DNA from: Fibrobacterales bacterium
Lineage (GTDB): Bacteria > Fibrobacterota > Fibrobacteria > Fibrobacterales > JAOPTW01
DNA length: 12,163 nucleotides
Assembly (NCBI GenBank): GCA_051532055.1
Contig: JAOPTX010000105.1
Location: forward strand, 2,343 to 14,505
Direction: 5' to 3'
Shown here piece by piece: positions 7,421 through 12,163 of this stretch (position 1 is the first letter of the stretch; every line of letters starts with the position of its first letter). The notes under the pieces are model-generated. The model saw only the letters and a list, made by a program, of their open reading frames with translations. It did not search any database and had not been told where the DNA came from. The translations under genes and the position numbers were made by a program.

Positions 7421-8002
7421 GTGAGTGTGGTTGAATTAAACGAAGAAAAAAAAGAGCTATTGAAGAAGCTTGAGATGAAAGTGTTGCAGATGAATAAGAA
7501 AATGAATATCATATCCAAAGGAGATGAAATCATAATATGGGGACGTCATATTATAGATAGTCTCCAAGTATTGGTGAAAATGGGTAATGACTTTAAGGGT
7601 GCTGTTTTGGATATGGGGTCAGGGTATGGTTTTCCCGTTATACCATTGGCTATTGTGTTTCCTGAATCAAAATTTATTGCAATTGAATCAAGGGCCAAGA
7701 GGGTTGCCGTTATAAATTATTTAAAAAGAGAGTTGTCTTTAACTAATATTAATGTTATAAATGATAGGGTTGAAAATGTAGCTCCGGCAGCTGTCTACGA
7801 TTTTGTGACTTCGAGAGCACTTGGGAATATACAGGATGATGTAGAGATGGCTATTCCTTTTTTGAAAAAAGGGGGGGCATATTTAGGATACAAGACAGAA
7901 AAAAGTGATGAAAAAGAGTTTTTTGAAATGAAGGTTGAAAACTTTAAATATGAACAGGCAAGTGGTGAAAAAAACTACTATATTGTTTCTGTTACAAAAT
8001 AA
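7421..8002 (+). CDS. rsmG: 16S rRNA m7G527 methyltransferase RsmG (GidB)
   Basis: RHIIDSL, SAM motif LDMGSGYGFP, IESRAKR, VTSRAL, directly upstream of parA. The true start may be the GTG at 7427, which has GGAG at 7418-7421. Confidence 0.95.
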   Translation: MSVVELNEEKKELLKKLEMKVLQMNKKMNIISKGDEIIIWGRHIIDSLQVLVKMGNDFKGAVLDMGSGYGFPVIPLAIVFPESKFIAIESRAKRVAVINYLKRELSLTNINVINDRVENVAPAAVYDFVTSRALGNIQDDVEMAIPFLKKGGAYLGYKTEKSDEKEFFEMKVENFKYEQASGEKNYYIVSVTK

Positions 8003-8010
8003 TTGAGAGT

Positions 8011-8805
8011 ATGGCAAAAGTAATAGCAATATGTAATCAAAAGGGTGGCGTCGGAAAAACAACTTCTGCGGTTAACCTTGCTGCAGGACTTTCTGCACTA
8101 GAAAAAAGAGTTCTTCTTGTTGATATGGACCCTCAGGGTAATGCTTCTCAAGGAGTGGGTGTTTTTGATTATCATGATGTTGATGTCTATACACTTCTTA
8201 CAGCTGCAGGGAATCCTGATGAGCTAACTGAAGAATTGTTAGGTTCAAGTATTCAAGATACAGAAATGGAATATTTAAAAGTACTACCTTCCACACCAAA
8301 TTTAGCTGGATTAGAAACTGAACTTGTTAATGCACTTAATCGAGAAAGAAGATTAGATACTGTGTTAAAAATGCTCTATGATTATTTTGACTATATTATA
8401 GTGGATTCACCACCGTCTTTGGGGTGGTTAACTATTAATGTTTTGACCTGTGCTCAGAGTGTTATAATTCCAATCCAGTGCGAATATTATGCACTTCAGG
8501 GGTTAGCGGAATTATCCAATACAATAAGGTTAGTTCAGAAATCCTTGAATAGTGAATTAAGAATCGAGGGAGCATTACTTACTATGTATGATTCTCGATT
8601 AACTCTTTCTAAACAAGTAGCAGAAGAAGTTCGGAATGATTTTTCTGAAAAGGTATTTGAAACGGTAATTCCAAGAAATGTTAAGTTGAGTGAGGCACCA
8701 TCTTTTGGTAAACCAATTCTCTTATATGATATTGTGAGTGCAGGGTCTAAAAAATATATGGATTTGGCTGAAGAGTTGTTGCAGATGAATGGAGATGTTA
8801 AATGA
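8011..8805 (+). CDS. parA: Chromosome partitioning ATPase ParA/Soj
   Basis: Deviant Walker A NQKGGVGKTT, DMDPQGNAS, DSPPSLG, PIQCEYYALQGL, IPRNVKLSEAPSFGKP. Confidence 0.98.
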   Translation: MAKVIAICNQKGGVGKTTSAVNLAAGLSALEKRVLLVDMDPQGNASQGVGVFDYHDVDVYTLLTAAGNPDELTEELLGSSIQDTEMEYLKVLPSTPNLAGLETELVNALNRERRLDTVLKMLYDYFDYIIVDSPPSLGWLTINVLTCAQSVIIPIQCEYYALQGLAELSNTIRLVQKSLNSELRIEGALLTMYDSRLTLSKQVAEEVRNDFSEKVFETVIPRNVKLSEAPSFGKPILLYDIVSAGSKKYMDLAEELLQMNGDVK

Positions 8806-9680
8806 GTTCTAAGAAGGCTCCACCACAAAAATTAGGGAGAGGTTTAAAGGCACTCTTTAATGATCATCAAGTATTAGAGAGTGAAGATGGGAGTATTTCT
8901 AGAGTCGAAGAAGTTCCTCTTAATAAAATTACACCAAACCCATTTCAGCCCCGTGAAGTTTTTGATGATGAAGAGATTGATGAATTAGCGAAAACAATAG
9001 ATCAACATGGGTTGCTTTCTCCTATTGTAGTTCGGAAACATGAAGATGGTTTTCAAATTGTTCTTGGAGAACGACGATTTCGCGCTCATCAAAAACTTGG
9101 AAAACATTCGATAAAAGCAGAAATTAAAGATAAGTACACAGATAAACAGATGGCCGAAGTGGCCCTTATCGAAAACATTCAACGGGTACAATTATCTCCG
9201 ATTGAAGAAGCGCATGCATTTGAACAATTGATAAATGAACATGCATATACACATGAACAAGTTGCAGAAAGGGTAGGGAAGTCTCGCTCTGCTGTAAGTA
9301 ATACATTACGGTTAACAAAATTACCTGAAGAAGTTCAGCTTTGGATAAAAGAGGAAAAGTTGTCTGCTGGGCATGCTCGTGCACTGTTGGGGTCGGATGT
9401 TGACGATCCAATTGCGATGGCCCGTCAAATAATAGATGGCGGACTTAATGTACGAGAAACAGAAAATGCAACAAAAAGTAGTTCAAGTAAGTTAAATAAA
9501 AGAGAGAAAGTTAAAGACCCAAATGTTGTGAACTTTGAAAGAGAGCTTGAGTATGCTTTGGGAACGAGTGTTGATGTTGCTGGGAATACAAAAAAAGGGA
9601 AAATAACTATAACTTTCACTGGAAGCGAAGATTTAGAACGGATTACTCAGATAATTAAAAATGGTTCCGAATTAATATGA
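8802..9680 (+). CDS. parB: Chromosome partitioning CTPase ParB/Spo0J
   Basis: ParA-contact peptide LGRGLKAL, NPFQPR, arginine patch GERRFRA, ALIENIQR, HTH with GKSRSAVSNTLRL, SAGHARALL. ATGA overlap with parA. Confidence 0.98.
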   Translation: MSSKKAPPQKLGRGLKALFNDHQVLESEDGSISRVEEVPLNKITPNPFQPREVFDDEEIDELAKTIDQHGLLSPIVVRKHEDGFQIVLGERRFRAHQKLGKHSIKAEIKDKYTDKQMAEVALIENIQRVQLSPIEEAHAFEQLINEHAYTHEQVAERVGKSRSAVSNTLRLTKLPEEVQLWIKEEKLSAGHARALLGSDVDDPIAMARQIIDGGLNVRETENATKSSSSKLNKREKVKDPNVVNFERELEYALGTSVDVAGNTKKGKITITFTGSEDLERITQIIKNGSELI

Positions 9681-10471
9681 GCAAAAGTAAAAAACTAATT
9701 ATACAAATTATTCCTGATGGGCCTGGGATGATAAAAGACTATATGGTTCCACGCTGGGCGTTAAAGGCTGCTTTTTGGGTTGGTTTTTTTCTGTTTATTG
9801 GATTAGGGGTTATGGTTTTTAATGTATCACTCATTGTAGAAAAGCTGGTTATGAACCAAAACCTGAAAGCTGCAAATGAACGTCTTTGGAAAGAAAATCA
9901 GCACCTTAAAACAATTCGAAATGATCTTGATGACATATTGTTGGTTGAGTCTAAACTTAAAAATATAACTCAGGTTATGCTTAATGGACAAGTCGAAAAA
10001 GAGATTAAGGTATATGAAGAGAAGCAACCAATCTTAGTTACCCAAAATGAATTAGATAAGTTTGTTGCAAAAGTTGAAAAAGAAGGGGATAATGTTACTG
10101 CTGATGAAAACGATATCCCGAGTGTAAAACCTGTAATAGGTATAATAAGCCAGCAATATAAAATAAAGCATCAAGGAACTGATATTGCGGCGTTGTTAAA
10201 TGACCCGGTCTTTACTACAGCGCCGGGTGTAGTGGTGTTTGCGGGAGTGTTAAAAGATTTTGGTAAGGTTATAAAAATTAAACATGGTGATGGTTTTACC
10301 ACTGTATATGCTCATTTAAACAGAATAGTGGTTAATAAAGGTGACTTTGTTAAACGTGGTCAAAACATCGGAATGGTAGGCATGACCGGAAATACTACTG
10401 GCCCGCATTTACACTATGAAGTTATTAAAGATGGTTTAAAAGTTAATCCTGAAGATTACTTTATTAATTAA
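9677..10471 (+). CDS. Membrane-anchored M23-family peptidoglycan endopeptidase
   Basis: Short cytoplasmic N-terminus, TM helix (AAFWVGFFLFIGLGVMVF), coiled coil, and M23 zinc motifs HQGTD (HxxxD) and GPHLHYE (HxH) plus YAHL. ATGA overlap with parB. Confidence 0.93.
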   Translation: MSKSKKLIIQIIPDGPGMIKDYMVPRWALKAAFWVGFFLFIGLGVMVFNVSLIVEKLVMNQNLKAANERLWKENQHLKTIRNDLDDILLVESKLKNITQVMLNGQVEKEIKVYEEKQPILVTQNELDKFVAKVEKEGDNVTADENDIPSVKPVIGIISQQYKIKHQGTDIAALLNDPVFTTAPGVVVFAGVLKDFGKVIKIKHGDGFTTVYAHLNRIVVNKGDFVKRGQNIGMVGMTGNTTGPHLHYEVIKDGLKVNPEDYFIN

Positions 10472-10487
10472 AAGATAGAGAACAATT

Positions 10488-10898
10488 ATGGCGAATAGTT
10501 CAAAGTATATAACAATCCTAAGTTCACAAACTGAAATTACAGGTGAACTCATTGTGAAAAATGATATTAGAGTTGCAGGTAAAATCAAAGGAAAGCTCCA
10601 AATTGCGGGCAACCTTGTGGTTGAACCAACGGGACAAATAGAAGCAGATGTTACAGTTGATACAGCTATTATTGCAGGAGTTGTAGAAGGTGATGTTGTT
10701 GCTAAGGAGAAAGTTGTTCTGGAGGCAAATTCAAAATTATTTGGAAATATTACCACCAAAGAGTTAGTAATTGTAGAAGGGGCCTTATTTAGAGGTAACT
10801 GCTCAATGGATACAAAAGGTGATAAGTCTTCAGTTAAAAACATTAAGAAAGAGAATAACGAAGATCAGTCAAAAGATAATCAGGTTAATGGCAAATAA
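10488..10898 (+). CDS. Bactofilin (polymer-forming cytoskeletal protein)
   Basis: Beta-helix pattern TEITGEL..DIRVAGKIKGKL..GQIEADV..IIAGVVEGDV..LFGNITTKELVIVEGALFRGNCSM, followed by a charged low-complexity tail. Confidence 0.95.
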   Translation: MANSSKYITILSSQTEITGELIVKNDIRVAGKIKGKLQIAGNLVVEPTGQIEADVTVDTAIIAGVVEGDVVAKEKVVLEANSKLFGNITTKELVIVEGALFRGNCSMDTKGDKSSVKNIKKENNEDQSKDNQVNGK

Positions 10899-11097
10899 GC
10901 ACATTGGGGACGTGATGAATCTTGGTTGGTTCATTGCTGTTGCTATTGGTGGAATGACCTATCTTGGGCATATGCTCGATAACAAACTTGAAATTTCTAA
11001 ATTTCCTCTCTTTACAGTACTTGGAGCTTTGGGTTCCTTTGTTATTATTGGCATCAAATTATACGTTTTGGTAAAAAACCTAAATGATGATGAATAA
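10888..11097 (+). CDS. atpZ: AtpZ/AtpI-family (ATPase gene 1) small membrane protein, 69 aa
   Basis: Two TM helices with the G-x-x-LD..FPLFTVLG signature, at the head of the atp operon. I moved the start from the track's 10819 to the ATG at 10888. Confidence 0.85.
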   Translation: MANKHIGDVMNLGWFIAVAIGGMTYLGHMLDNKLEISKFPLFTVLGALGSFVIIGIKLYVLVKNLNDDE

Positions 11098-11479
11098 TAC
11101 TGTGCTTGCTTTCTGTGCCAAATACACAGCTGCTGTAGTAACTCTTAATACTTTATTGTCATTTATAATATACCAATTATACCCTAATACATATAGTTTC
11201 GAGACTTATTTTGGTGTAACATTTGTTACAGGAATAAACGCGATTCTCATATTTATACTCTATTTTGTTTTAAATAAGCAATTTGATAAGTTTGTGAATC
11301 TTTTTTTTATTTCAATTGGAATCCGCTTGACTTTTTATGGGGTCTTTATTTATTATATAGTCAGCACAAAAAATGTGCATTTTGTTAAATTAATTGGAGC
11401 GTTTTTAATTTCCTACATGATTTATCAAGTAGTTGAAATTAAATTTTTTGTGCAAACCAGGAAAAGTAGAAGTACATGA
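11084..11479 (+). CDS. atpI: ATP synthase protein I-like four-TM membrane protein
   Basis: Four hydrophobic helices, between atpZ and atpB with overlaps on both sides. The assignment rests mainly on position and topology. The start may be any of three consecutive ATGs. Confidence 0.65.
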   Translation: MMMNNTVLAFCAKYTAAVVTLNTLLSFIIYQLYPNTYSFETYFGVTFVTGINAILIFILYFVLNKQFDKFVNLFFISIGIRLTFYGVFIYYIVSTKNVHFVKLIGAFLISYMIYQVVEIKFFVQTRKSRST

Positions 11480-12163
11480 AGAAAATCATCATATTTCTTA
11501 CAATTTTATTTTGTGTGGGAAATGTCTATTCGGCAGAAACACTCGGAGACTTTTTAGTACATCACGTAGCAAACTCAACTCATTGGGGTTTTTTGGGTCT
11601 TCATGCTGACCTCAGTCCTTATCAGATTTCATTTTTTGGATTATACGATATTCAGATTTCTTTACATATTGTGATGATGACTTTAGCATTTGTTGTTCTA
11701 TTGGTACTCATGAAGCTCGCTACTAAACGAGATGCAAATGGTGTTCCTCAGTCACGGTTTGGTCACTCTATAGAAGTAATTGTAAAGTTTATTCGTGATG
11801 ATGTTGTTATACCAAATATTGGTAAGAAACACGCTAAAGCATGGCTTCCTTTTATATTAACACTTTTCTTTTTTATTCTCGCACTTAACCTACTCGGGTT
11901 GATTCCAGGAATGTCGACAGCTACAGCGAACATAAATTTTACAGCAGCAATGGCAGCAATGGTATTTATTACCTTCAATCTCGCTGGTATGAAAAACAAT
12001 GGTCCTTTTAGTTATGTTAAAAATTTAGTACCTCATGGGGTACCTCTTCCAGTGATAGTTATTTTGTTTCCAATTGAGCTTATTGGGTTAGTAACAAAAA
12101 CGGTAGCTCTTGCAATTCGTTTGTTTGCAAATATGTCTGCAGGTCACTTTATAATCTTTTCGC
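11476..12163 (+). CDS. atpB: F0F1 ATP synthase subunit a, 3' end beyond the window
   Basis: Not in the ORF track. Manual translation of 229 codons: MKKIIIFLTILFCVGNVYSAETLGDFLVHHVANS..FIRDDVVIPNIG..NLLGLIPGMSTATANINFT..PIELIGLVTKTVALAIRLFANMSAGH, which includes the essential-Arg RLFANM motif. Confidence 0.98.
   Translation, partial: MKKIIIFLTILFCVGNVYSAETLGDFLVHHVANSTHWGFLGLHADLSPYQISFFGLYDIQISLHIVMMTLAFVVLLVLMKLATKRDANGVPQSRFGHSIEVIVKFIRDDVVIPNIGKKHAKAWLPFILTLFFFILALNLLGLIPGMSTATANINFTAAMAAMVFITFNLAGMKNNGPFSYVKNLVPHGVPLPVIVILFPIELIGLVTKTVALAIRLFANMSAGHFIIFS

Noticed and set aside
7270..7533. 87-aa minus-strand ORF
   Set aside because: Its FHVKH and VSRET peptides are just translations of the parS palindromes, and it overlaps rsmG antisense.
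10819..10887. Basic N-terminal extension of AtpZ in the track
   Set aside because: It is an alternative-frame reading of the bactofilin tail. The ATG at 10888 gives a typical family length.
8535..11999. Minus-strand track ORFs 8535..8828, 8985..9191, 9166..9411, 9425..9619, 9827..10027, 10436..10843 and 11763..11999
   Set aside because: All are antisense to well-supported plus-strand genes (parA, parB, M23, bactofilin, atpB) and lack motifs.

Overview
AT-rich bacterial chromosomal segment that looks like the origin-proximal housekeeping region. An FCB-group organism, possibly Fibrobacterota, is my inference from gene order and the signal-peptide-bearing AtpB. The minus strand carries rpmH-rnpA-yidD-yidC-mnmE and a small Ala/Glu/Pro-rich lipoprotein. 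The plus strand, divergent from rpmH where dnaA usually sits, carries an LpxL/HtrB-like acyltransferase, three perfect parS palindromes, and a tightly packed run rsmG-parA-parB-M23 peptidase-bactofilin-atpZ-atpI-atpB (truncated). dnaA and mnmG are absent from the window. At the left end, a gene missed by the ORF track (806 to the edge, minus strand) encodes a Sec-signal protein with a fibre-type N-terminal domain and 10-aa tandem repeats. It diverges from a predicted 8-stranded outer-membrane beta-barrel gene. rpmH and atpB were also missed by the track. I see no mobile element, CRISPR array or RNA gene. Most of the window is well-known housekeeping. The best leads are the repeat fibre protein, the parABS-M23-bactofilin-ATP synthase coupling, and the rearranged dnaA-less origin-type region.
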